From Paramoeba atlantica (Eukaryota; Protista; Discosea): a stretch of DNA of 64,000 nt. The notes beneath the pieces are model-generated. The model saw nothing but the letters and a program-made list of their open reading frames with translations, was not told the origin of the DNA and made no database searches. The stretch is from the NCBI GenBank assembly GCA_977017575.1, contig CDRNVI010000087.1, positions 314,571 to 378,570 of the forward strand, read 5' to 3'. This document shows, one piece after another, positions 20,868 through 31,516 of the stretch. Numbering within the stretch: the stretch's first letter is position 1; each line of letters starts with the position of its first letter. The position numbers and the translations under genes were made by a program.

Positions 20868-21443
20868 ATGAATTGTACTTTGAAGACGCGGCCTGCAAAA
20901 GTAAGCGGTGTTGCTCTTCCCCAGGAGTACGATCTGGTGCGTCTCGTCCTAGATGTGAAGACACACCATTCCACGTGGAGCATTGACACAGACGCATGTG
21001 AGTGGTGTGGAATCACATGCGATATGCAAAAAAAAGTAGCACAAATCAACTGGGTAGCGCGTCGTCTGCGTGGTGCATTAAACTGGAAGTACATCCCCCA
21101 TACAGTGCACTATATACACTTTGGTAGTAACGTGTTGTCCGGCAATGTTGATTTTTATCATCTTCCATCCACACTTCGAACGCTGAATTTGTACCAAAAT
21201 CATTTTACGGGAACCCCAAACTTTGTGCATTTACCTGAAATCACAACTATTGATTTAAGCAATAATTGTTTTAGGGGGTACATGGATCTTGATTTACTTC
21301 CGGAGTCCGTTACTTATTTTTACGTCCTGGGGAATAAAGGACTCAGTGGTACATTGAATGTGAAACGCTACCGTAGTTTGTGTTATGACGTTACGAGTAC
21401 GCAAATTACGACAAGCAATGATATTTTGTTTCGGTATTATTAA
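20868..21443 (+). CDS. Short LRR protein (copy 5)
   Basis: RPAKVSGVALPQEYDL..TW..ACEWCGITC followed by LRRs; ATG at 20868 in ORF 20829..21443. Confidence 0.88.
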   Translation: MNCTLKTRPAKVSGVALPQEYDLVRLVLDVKTHHSTWSIDTDACEWCGITCDMQKKVAQINWVARRLRGALNWKYIPHTVHYIHFGSNVLSGNVDFYHLPSTLRTLNLYQNHFTGTPNFVHLPEITTIDLSNNCFRGYMDLDLLPESVTYFYVLGNKGLSGTLNVKRYRSLCYDVTSTQITTSNDILFRYY

Positions 21444-21758
21444 ATTGCAATAAAATCAAAAATGCATAAAGAAGGTATTTCCCGTGAGGGCACTTCCGGT
21501 GAGTAGTCATCTAATATCAGTATTAGTCATCTAATAACGAAATGTCCATGTTTTTACTAATCAGTAATTGATGACTGCTTGATTTGGATCTTGATCAGTA
21601 GATAAGTTGTAATCATGAATTTATGAAACGATGGAAACTTAAACTACTAAATTTAATTACTACTCAACTCATCCGTTATTAATTTTTCTGAATTTAAATG
21701 AAAAAAATGACTTCTGGAAGAACTGTATAAAGCTATCTTGAACTGTTTTCCTTCCAAC

Positions 21759-22475
21759 ATGTTTTCCACCTTTTCCGCCGCAGATGCAAGCAACGAGTCG
21801 TACACAACGAAACGTGCAGCAAAAGTGAGCAAGACGAATCTTCCGCAAGAATACGAACTTGCACAACTGGTGCGTAATATTGAGAAGCCACACTCTTCGT
21901 GGAATACATCGACATCTGCCTGTAAGTGGCGCGGTGTATATTGTAACGGAGAAGAAGATGTCCCGATGTTTGGCTTCGTCATGAAAGCAACAACAGGTAA
22001 TATAACGAGTATAAAGTGGTCTATGAGGCAACTAACCGGTTTCTTAAATTTTGATTATCTACCGAAAACATTGAACGAATTTAAACTTGAATTCAACAAA
22101 CTTTCTGGGGAAGTGCTGCTTCGCACTTTTCCTTCAAAATTGAGTTATCTAAACATGCATCGAAATCAATTTAGTGGAACATTGGACTTAACAGCTCTGC
22201 CTCCGAATTTGAACACTTTGATCCTTTCTAGTAACCAATTTACAGGTGAAATTTGCTTGAATAATTTGCCCTCAGGTTTAAAACGCCTTTCTCTTCGCGA
22301 GAATAAATTATCCGGAAAGCTTTTAATCAGCGCAAACATTCCATTATCATTAGAATCTCTTGATTTGTCATTCAATGTAAAGCTGTCAGGCGAGGTGAAA
22401 AAAGAGCTCCTTCCAGAAAAATTACGCTACGGAATTGGGATTACTAGAACCATGGTCACGCTTTTATCAGATTAG
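21759..22475 (+). CDS. Short LRR protein (copy 6)
   Basis: RAAKVSKTNLPQEYEL..SW..ACKWRGVYC followed by LRRs. Confidence 0.88.
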   Translation: MFSTFSAADASNESYTTKRAAKVSKTNLPQEYELAQLVRNIEKPHSSWNTSTSACKWRGVYCNGEEDVPMFGFVMKATTGNITSIKWSMRQLTGFLNFDYLPKTLNEFKLEFNKLSGEVLLRTFPSKLSYLNMHRNQFSGTLDLTALPPNLNTLILSSNQFTGEICLNNLPSGLKRLSLRENKLSGKLLISANIPLSLESLDLSFNVKLSGEVKKELLPEKLRYGIGITRTMVTLLSD

Positions 22476-22959
22476 CGCCCCATTTCTAAAAATTCCTTTT
22501 GTTAAAGTTGGAAACGCAAGTTTGGTTATAAAGCGATGCTCAGCGACATCTTATCCCCCACAGTACATGTCGCGAAATTACTTTGAGTTTGTAAATCAAT
22601 GAGATATTGAGACAATAACACACTGAGCTCCGGAGCAGACTCCGATATTAGTTTTATGTACATTTTCATTGATTCAGACCCCCCCGTTTATGCGCGCTTT
22701 TTACTAAAAACCTTGTGCGCTTAAGCGGAGGGGAGATCATTTATATTTATATACAATATGAATCTTTATATTTGTTTATGAAAATTAATGAGAGGGAGAG
22801 AGTGAGTGAGCGGAAAGCCCTATTATATTTCACTTTAACTGATAGTACGAACCAATTTGTTTTTTTTAAACTTACCCAGAGTATTTAAAGAAAGCGTAGT
22901 ACAAGTGTAAGATTTGAGTAAGAAACTTTATTAGACAAGAATTTATTCACCTTTACATA

Positions 22960-23556
22960 GTGCTCAAATTTATTGTTATTAAATTTCCAACACTAACAGA
23001 CAAACTTTACAAGCTTTCTCACGTACCTTTGCTTACTAGGCACCTTTGCTTTCCACAGACACTTTCTCCCACGAATCGTACGGAGCCCAAAAGTAAGACT
23101 TGCATTTTAATTTTTTGCTTACTTCATCATGGTGCCAGAACTCTGTTCCGTTGTCGTATGTTATTGTTCGAACTTTGTCATTCTTTAACCAATCTACAAT
23201 TTGTTTGCTTACCCCCTTCGCGTGCTTAGATTCCAACTTGCGAAGAACAAGGAAGCGACTCTTACGCTTGCACAGGGTAAGAATACCCTGTGGATGTATA
23301 TCCGGTCCTCCGCCCTCGACCAAGTCTGCTTCCCAATCACCGTAGCGCCGACGCTTATTGATTACTTCTGGTCGATTTTCAAGTGGCATTCGGTTGGGAT
23401 ATCCGAAGGATATTATAAAATAATACTTCTTTAAATAATTGATGGTGCACTGGAAAAGAGAATGCAGTTTTTAAGAAAAAGTGGTGCACTGGAAATGACA
23501 AGAAAATTGTTTTAAAAAAAATATTAAAAGTGGTGCGTTGGTGTTGACAATCCGCC
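22960..23556 (-). mobile_element. IS30-family transposase fragment (catalytic core, ORF 23036..23389) with a putative terminus at 23528-23556
   Basis: ENRPEVINKRRRYGDWEADLV..ILTLCKRKSRF..TITYDNGTEF..YFWAPYDSWEK, the IS30 GxWExD / RKSR / TxDNGxEF / PYxSWE motif series. Confidence 0.85.
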
Positions 23557-23569
23557 AAGACGTCACTTC

Positions 23570-24054
23570 GATACCCGGAGTGGTCGTTGCCGGTGTTTCA
23601 AAGTAGAGACAGCGGCTGGGGTTTTCCCATTTTTGAGTATGTCATCAGTACCACCGTGCTGAGTGGCTTCATCAATAATCAAAAGTGTGGGGGGCAGTGG
23701 GCTTCTTCATAGTTTCACGTTCTGAGGTAATTATCTCCTTAAATTGAGTCAGAAAAGTTGCCCATATCGAGGCGTCTTGAAAAAGAGATCCTTTTCGGGC
23801 ACATTGTAGGTCGCTTCCAATACACGGTTGGTTTCCTGAAATATGAATTGCAACATTTTGGCTTCTCCAGCTGCAGATGAAAGAACGTTGCCAGTCCTGC
23901 TTTTCACGACAAACTGATATTGTGCGGTACTCACCTGGATCAATGCGTTCCCGAGTCCAAGTGGCATTCACTTGTCCTAATCCCAGACAAATAAAGAATT
24001 CGTCTGTGTTAAACACACACTCTTATTATTATCTAATTAAGTAGTGGGGTACAG
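23570..24054 (-). pseudogene. pogo-like DDE fragment related to 29384..31036
   Basis: FNTDEFFICL..WTRERI..YRTISV and LLIIDEATQH; a GGGGTACAG-TA terminus at 24054 is of the 4581-6059 type. Confidence 0.7.
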
Positions 24055-24153
24055 TACGAAAACACAAAGAAATCTAAAACTCACAGTGTGTAATACTGTC
24101 ACCAACCATTGGTTTTGATCTTTCATACTCTTTCTTGGTTTTGATATTGCATA

Positions 24154-25637
24154 CTCCCCCTCTCATTAATCTTTATAAATTATATATGTAACAAAAAATG
24201 AGTCATATTTTTTTTTGCTGTTATAATTATAATTATAAATTAATGAAAGAAAATGGAGCTAGAGGAGACCTTCGATGAATCTTCATCGAAGGTGTTCTCG
24301 ACATTTTTTAAAATTTGCTCGAACGAATTCTTCCATTTCTTGAAGCGTATAAAATTAATTTCATTTAAGATTTAGTAAGTTTTTTTTCTTTGAATTCTGA
24401 CTTTCCGCTTTCTCTCACATTTTTTACAACGACAAACCAGCAAGATCGCTTTAATGGAAACCCGGATGCTACGCTTAAAAGTTTTACTCTTTTGGAGGCC
24501 GCCACCTACCGAGAGCATAGGCGTGGCCCACTTGGGGACGTCCAAGATCCCCGCCTCCTCAATCCTGCGCTCTGGCGTGATGTACCCTTACGTCCTGTTT
24601 GTACCCATTGTCCAGCGTTCAAATACGTGAAGCATTGGTCGGTGTTAGCACCATCAGTGGGTACCCGCACATTTATAATGCATATTAAGCTGCACATTGC
24701 TAATGCATATAACATAAATTATTTATAATGCATATAGCACATTTGTAATGCATATAGCACATTTATAATGCATATAGCACATTTATAATGCATATCGCAA
24801 TAGTGAATTTCTTGGGCACCTCAACTTATTTTTTTTTGCAGCATTCACCAGTTTATGTCGCAGACGGGTAAACAAGGTCTGGGTTTATTGGCCCGGCCGG
24901 CCCTTCCGTGCGTTCGGCCTCTCATATTCCCCAAAACAACTACCACCTTCCCCCCATTTATCAGGGGTCGCTCACGCGACCCCCGCTAAATAGGGGGGAA
25001 GGTGGTAGTTGTGGGGTATGGAGGCCTCTCGCAACTCCGGGGCCTCACCGGGAGCAAAGGTGAAACCCCTTTGCATCCCTGGCTAAATGAATTTTTCGGT
25101 TAGTTCGCCTGTTGGAAATTTTTTGTGCAATATGCATTATGAATGTGCTATATGCATTATAAATGTGCTGATGGGGTGAGATGGTAATTCCAGGGAAGAC
25201 TACGAGGAGGTTCTGACCTTACTTCTCGGTATCGAGTTTGCATCCGACTTTTAGAGAAAGTTGCTTCTTTACAAAAACGATATTATCATGATACTTTTCA
25301 TGGCTTATTTGAAACATCCTTGGTACTCCAAGCATGTTGCGCTGAGAACGCCCATACATGCACGAAAACGATATATTTATCGTAATTTTCCTACCGTTAT
25401 TGTCCACCACAGAAATCAACCACTTTCTCTTCTCTGAAAGAAACCGCTGTGAAGGACGACCATCTACGCCCATGAAGTAATTCATTTTCAGTAGAACAAA
25501 AGAGTGATTTTTGTTTGCTTCGAAATTAAATTTAAAAAGAATAGTTGAATTTGTTTGATTTATAAAAATTAATGAGAGCGCGTAAAACGAATTTTTATGA
25601 CTCGAAATCCATTTATAAAAATTAATGAGAGGGGGAG
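24154..25637 (-). mobile_element. TA-flanked TIR element (family D) carrying a decayed orphan ORF and a nested MITE
   Basis: TIRs CTCCCCCTCTCATTAAT(C/T)TTTATAAAT; related termini at ~22790, 25563, 36379, 48039/49341, 50451 and 55640. Confidence 0.75.
24655..25177. mobile_element. MITE-like insert with 20-bp subterminal repeats and a central 77-nt hairpin
   Basis: ATTTATAATGCATATAGCAC repeats on the left, inverted on the right; hairpin at 24936-25012; splits the family-D orphan ORF. Confidence 0.6.
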
Positions 25638-26019
25638 TACATAAAGGGGGGGCTCGTCTATTGTTGGCAACTTTTTTTGGCCAACAATGGCCGATTGCCA
25701 ACAATAGATGATACAATATCCCCCTTAATCAACAATAGATGGAACGGCAATAAAATCATCTATTGTTGGCAATCAAAACAACTTAGACTACTTTTATGAC
25801 TCACTCGAAAAAACTCGAAAAAGTCGAAAAAAACGGTCACAAGCGGATACATGTGAGTTACATGTAACTCACGAGCGAATACATGTACTGTAGATACATG
25901 TACTGTAGATCACTTAGTACCAACTTCGAGTGTGATTTTTTTCTATTACACTTAATTTAAAGCGATTTTATCTTTCGGGCTTTCGAGCACAAAGGTACAC
26001 TTTTTTCCCCGGTCACACC

Positions 26020-26397
26020 GGGGACAAATTTACAGGCAATCCGGATCTTACCAGACTGCCGAAGCTCTCGGATGCCGTATGGATGGAAAGAAACGAATTG
26101 TCTGGTGATATATGCCTTACACAATTGCCCGTCGATCTGGTACATCTTGACGTTAGTGATAATTTCTTAACAGGAAAATTAGATTTGGGAGCACTCCCGC
26201 GCACTCTTGAATCCTTGTACTTGTCTGGAAACGAATTCGAAGGAATGGTGGACCTATCGCTCCTTCCAGAGAATCTAGATGCCCTTGCATTAGATAACAA
26301 TGCGCTTCTGGAAGGTACAGTAGTTGCGAGTGAGCTCCATCCGCGGTTAAAGAAACGCATTGATGTATCGAATACCAAGCTCGTGATATTAAGATAA
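26020..26397 (+). pseudogene. 5'-truncated LRR gene (copy 7), close paralogue of 52773..53498
   Basis: NELSGDICLTQLPVDLVHLDVSDNFLTGKLD is identical to the 53k copy; the cap is absent. Confidence 0.8.
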
Positions 26398-26876
26398 TGA
26401 TTTAGGAAGCACTACTTCCCAGGTCAAAAATGAAAATCCAGAAAATTAAAATTTAAATTTTCATTCTCATTTTTGATTTTCAGTTTCCTTTTTTTGATCA
26501 TGGTAGAGAAAGTACATGTATGAAGCAATGAGAAAATAGATGCATGAAGCATGGCGTTAAGATTACTTTGAAGCTGTTTGTTTCTGAAAATGTTTTGTAA
26601 TAAATAATATTCGCTGCAGTCATTGGATTTGCTGCTTATCGTTCTATAAATGTTCTTGAAATTCATAGGTTGAACTTAAAACGTACTTAACTTACTGAAT
26701 AGAAGTAATCACCTAACTCACTCAATATAATTTATATATCTCAATATAATTTATGAGTATATTTGTCATCTTTTCACGAAAAGTAATGTCAGATAACTAA
26801 GGGGGTCCAGTATAACTGTTTTGATGAATTAGCGTTCGATCATTTTCTTTTGTTATTTATTCAATTTACGTTTTCA

Positions 26877-27713
26877 ATGATGTTTACTGCAGTATTCTTG
26901 CGTGACACGTTGGAACCGCTCTCGAAGCGTCGCAAGACGAATCATACTTCTGATTCTGCTTTAGTTCAAGAAATACCAAAGTCCGTGCACGGAGTACGTC
27001 TAGAAAAAGTAAGCATGAAGAATCTTCCACAAGAATATGAACTTGCAGAACTTGTACACAATCTTGAATATCGGCATCCCTCGTGGAATGTATCTCTCCC
27101 TGCTTGTAAGTGGTATGGCGTGTGTTGTAACGAAGCGAATGAGGTAACGTCTATTAGTTGGTCTATGATAAATGTACCATTATCACTCTCTATTATACGT
27201 GTAAAGCTAACAGGTTCGTTGAATTTTGGTTATTTACCCAAAACGCTATACACCCTTTACGTGTGCGAGAACAAGCTTTCAGGAAAAGTGCCTCTTAACA
27301 CTTTCCCGTCCCATTTGCGTACGTTGAGTCTACGTGAGAATCAGTTGAGCGGAACATTGGACTTGACATCTCTCCCTCCTAAATTGGAAACTCTAACGCT
27401 TTCTCGTAACCGATTTACTGGTGAAATATGCTTAAAGAAATTGCCGTTAACATTGACAAGTGTTTGTCTCGATGGGAACCAGTTATTCGGAGAGCTTTGT
27501 TTCAGCGAACTTTCTAAATTATCATTTGTCCGACTTGACGGCAACAATTTTTCTGGGGAGCTTAATGTGAGACGCCTTCCCCATACACTAGAACATATTG
27601 ATCTGTCACACAACGTAAACCTATCCGGAAAGATAAAAGAGAGTCTTCTTCCCAAAATTCTGCGCGATGAGTTTGTGATAGAGAACACCAACATTACACT
27701 GTTAACAACATAG
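26877..27713 (+). CDS. Short LRR protein (copy 8)
   Basis: KVSMKNLPQEYEL..SW..ACKWYGVCC followed by LRRs. Confidence 0.88.
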   Translation: MMFTAVFLRDTLEPLSKRRKTNHTSDSALVQEIPKSVHGVRLEKVSMKNLPQEYELAELVHNLEYRHPSWNVSLPACKWYGVCCNEANEVTSISWSMINVPLSLSIIRVKLTGSLNFGYLPKTLYTLYVCENKLSGKVPLNTFPSHLRTLSLRENQLSGTLDLTSLPPKLETLTLSRNRFTGEICLKKLPLTLTSVCLDGNQLFGELCFSELSKLSFVRLDGNNFSGELNVRRLPHTLEHIDLSHNVNLSGKIKESLLPKILRDEFVIENTNITLLTT

Positions 27714-29130
27714 TGTAGTCTTTTTAAAGACCGACACCAATATAAAAACTAGACTACCTCCTATCTTCTGATAATCTGTCACCCCTAGTGGCAAGATGAA
27801 AGGAGAATGTACGGGTAGGAGAATGTGTGGGTACGAAGAGGACACCCTCACCTAGGGGGTTCTGTTACCAAAAACTAGAAAAAGCAAAAGTTACAAAAAC
27901 GACATCATTATCGCCTGTGAAGATTCCATTCTGCCGAGGACCGTTCACTTTCAAACTGAAAAAGTACAAGCATCGTTTCAAGACCTTTTTGGCAAAAGGT
28001 GAAGAAAAAAGGTGACAGACAACTAGGGGCATCATAAGCAAAAAAAAGTGGGTATCTGACGCTGTTAGAGTCCCTGGTGTTATTACGGGATGGGCATTTA
28101 AGAGACAATATGGGGTTGCGGTCATACCATTTGAAATGGGGCAAAATAACTACAAGTATAAATAACTACAGGTGTTTAGTAGAATTGAGCAAAATTAAAC
28201 ACTAATTAAAACTTAAAGTATGGGACTTAAAGTAGGGGAGCGGAATATGAATGAAAAATACGTGAAAAACTGATAAAAATTGAAAAAAAGAAGGGGAAAA
28301 ATGATTGAAGAGGAATAATATTTACAAGGGAAAAATAAAGTCAACTGAATGCACGCACAAGAGCCCAAGTACACGAAAACAAGTACGAATCAATAAAATT
28401 GTATTTATGGTTACCAACATGTCTAGTAGCTCTTACATCTTTTCATTGGAGATTCTTTCTGCTCGTAGACAAGGTTCCCAGCCCTCAAGAAGTTGTTTAC
28501 GAGTACTGATGCTTCCGCTTACCGCAAAACAGTTGACAATACAACTTGTTTACGACGTGAAACCCACAATCGTTATCCCCCGGTACTCAATATTACAGTA
28601 AAAGAAAAATAGGCACCGCTTCGCGGCGCCAATCTTTACGAAGATTTGAAATTAAACTCTAAATAGGGGGGGCAAAGTACTAAATAGTAAATAAGGGGAG
28701 GGGGTGGTGTATCTGAGCATTAGAGCACCACGCACTGAGAAGATGCTTTTAACATCTTTGAAGTGTAGACTAATGCACAGATCATGCAGTTGAATCAAAT
28801 AAGTGCACCCACCTGGAACGCCGTGCATATCTCAATTCGTCGGTAAATCACTGATGAGCTGTAAAATCATCGACTACGATAGCGGTAGGTAATCAGGAGT
28901 CCTTAAAAATTCCCATCTACCGTTGTAGAATTTGACAGAATGTGTTTCAGAAAAAATGTCCTTTTTGACCCATCCTAATAACGACGATACAAAGACTATA
29001 ACTGCATTCGATAATCCAGTGGAAGCACAACTTGACGATTGGACACAATTGACTTGACAATTGGAGCACAACTTGACATTCGAAGACAATCGCGGGTGGT
29101 AGTGGCACGTATTTGGAATAAACATAAATA

Positions 29131-31119
29131 CACCCCCGCCAAAAAGTATTGTAATTTATTAGTATCGACCACGAATATTTGGTCGATACTAATAAATACA
29201 ATACTTTTTGTCGATTTCCACGAGTTGCTACTGGCTTCCAAAAAGTTGGACTTTATCATATGGGATCCTTGTAAACGTATAGTGAAGCACAAAAACAGGT
29301 CGAATGGAAATTAGCACCATAGAAATAGCACAAATTAGCACAATGAAAATAGCACCATGGAATTAGTAATTTAATTATTTTGACTACTCAACGCTAAAGT
29401 AGTGAGAGAGAGGAACCATATTCCGAGCCTGTTCAAATCTTGCCTTAGCCTTCCGCGACATTCCAAGTGTCTCTTTACGGCGGGCTTCTGATTTTTCGAT
29501 GGCTTCCCTGCGTGGCTCAATTTCCTGCGCAGAAAGCTTCCGCGGCCTTCCGCGTTTCTTTTCGACTGAGGTTCCTTCATTGAGGTTTGGGGAATTGTTT
29601 TCTTCTTCGCTTTCAGATACGGTAACAACAATTTCGCTTGCATCAGAGGACTCTAGCAGAGATTTGAAGGAACCCAATCGCGTCGTGCGAGTACAAATTT
29701 CTCCAAAGAGGACACGAGGAATTTCCGTCACATCCCAAGATGCAGTTACTTGACGCGCACGGAGTTCATTCATTGCCTGGATAATAAAAAGTACCTTGTT
29801 TTCACGACAAACACGCTTCGACACGGCGGTCGCCTTTTTTACAGCAGTATCAATAGAATTACGGGCGAACAGACGAGACACATAGTCATTGTACAGAGCC
29901 TTTGCTCTTTGCTTTAGTCCGGAAATGACAAATTGGTCTGCAGGTTGGTAAACGTGCGTCATTTTTGGAGGGATAAAGAGAACACCACAATTTTTTTCAG
30001 TGAGCCATTCCGTTGTTTTTGAGTGCTGGGAAGCTTCATCAATGATTAAAAGAGCCTTGGCATTGTATTGATTAGACGACTCTCGGTCATCCTGCAAAAT
30101 ACCTATGAATTTGTCCATAAATTCTTTCCACGTTTCCTGGCTTTGAAAGTGCGTCTCCTTACGAGAATATTGGAGCACTCGAGGGTCGTCTCCTACGTTA
30201 ACAAATTTCTTTTGAGTGCCCTTGTGGATGAATTGCATGAGCTTTACATCACCGGAAGCATTAGTTAGAACAGTGCAAGTGAACCCCTCACGATCAGAAC
30301 GTACCGCAACAGTTCGGTTTTCTCCTTTTTGAATTCTTTCCCAAGTCCATTTCTGAGAACTACCGTTGTCCGAAAGAGAGAGACAGACAAAAAATTCATC
30401 AGCATTGTATGTAAACGGTTTAGAAACTTGCCCTTTGTACTTTTCTAGGTCAGAAAAAAAACCAACCGATGAGTCCACTACCTGCTTTGGGGTGACCGTT
30501 CGATCAGTAGTAGCATGAAGAATACGTATTCCATTCTGCTGCATCCATTCCTTAGCCCACGAGACAGAAAATTTCAGCCTTCCACCGTCGATTGTAGTAG
30601 AGCCTGGGGTGCTCTTTTCTTTGATGCCACGCGCGGCGCCCGCCACTAAAGATGCACGTACGGCAGTTCCAGTTTCTCGAAGCTTTAGAAAAGCACTGAG
30701 TAAAAGTTCATTTTCAGATGGAGAAAGCATAGGGACACGACCTCGATTTCCAACTTTATTTAATGAGTCCAAGCCTTTGTAGAAACTTATTGTTGAGGCA
30801 GAAACGTTGCGCTTGAATTTTTTCTCGAACGTAACCTTCACGTTGTCGCGGTTGAAGTTTCCACGGGTCTGCGCGAACAACCATTCGCGGTGATCATCAC
30901 TCAGCTGCCCTCGAGATGAAGTTGCGTCTTGGATAAGCTCTGAAACGACGCTCTCCACGATCAAGTGGCCGCGTATATCAGAACTCATTATGTAAATTTC
31001 TGGAAAATTCGAGAAAAAAACTAAAATTCTGGTCAAAACTCAAAAAAATGGTCGATACTAATAAATACAATACTTTTTGTGTCGGCCATTTTTGTGGACA
31101 ATACTTTTTGGCGGGGGTG
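29131..31119 (-). mobile_element. Full-length pogo-like element, 1989 bp
   Basis: TA-flanked TIRs CACCCCCGCCAAAAAGTATTGT..ACAATACTTTTTGGCGGGGGTG. Confidence 0.9.
29384..31036 (-). CDS. pogo-like DDD transposase, D-D-33-D, with a C-terminal AT-hook-like RGRP
   Basis: Tc5 HTH (FSVSWAKEWM), YNADEFF, LIIDEASQH, IPPKMTHVYQPADQ, KKRGRPRK; the true start may be the internal MSSDIRG. Confidence 0.88.
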   Translation of the reverse strand: MTRILVFFSNFPEIYIMSSDIRGHLIVESVVSELIQDATSSRGQLSDDHREWLFAQTRGNFNRDNVKVTFEKKFKRNVSASTISFYKGLDSLNKVGNRGRVPMLSPSENELLLSAFLKLRETGTAVRASLVAGAARGIKEKSTPGSTTIDGGRLKFSVSWAKEWMQQNGIRILHATTDRTVTPKQVVDSSVGFFSDLEKYKGQVSKPFTYNADEFFVCLSLSDNGSSQKWTWERIQKGENRTVAVRSDREGFTCTVLTNASGDVKLMQFIHKGTQKKFVNVGDDPRVLQYSRKETHFQSQETWKEFMDKFIGILQDDRESSNQYNAKALLIIDEASQHSKTTEWLTEKNCGVLFIPPKMTHVYQPADQFVISGLKQRAKALYNDYVSRLFARNSIDTAVKKATAVSKRVCRENKVLFIIQAMNELRARQVTASWDVTEIPRVLFGEICTRTTRLGSFKSLLESSDASEIVVTVSESEEENNSPNLNEGTSVEKKRGRPRKLSAQEIEPRREAIEKSEARRKETLGMSRKAKARFEQARNMVPLSHYFSVE

Positions 31120-31516
31120 TAATCCTATAAGTAATCCTGCCAAGAGAATAGTTACGGTTTCTTGCCCGTTGTTTTCAGCAATTTTCGTAGTTTTCGTTCC
31201 AAATTGCGCAAGCGTACTAACACGTATTTCGCCATCCACAAGTACTGCAGTTTCATCTCCAAAGAAGACATAAGAGTATTTGCGAATGCTATGTTGTGCA
31301 AAGAGCTGACGGAACCATCCATGTATGCGCAGAGAAGTACGCGCAGAAGTATAGGCAGAAGTATATGCAGAGAAGTGTCTGTTGGCGCAACGTAATGCGT
31401 CCCGCCAAATTCACTCTGCCAAGCCCATTGGAGCACATATCCGAAGTGTTGGAAGACACGTTCACGTCTCCGTTCCGTCACTTCTTTTCAAGAAAAACAG
31501 TGTGTGTTCATTATAT

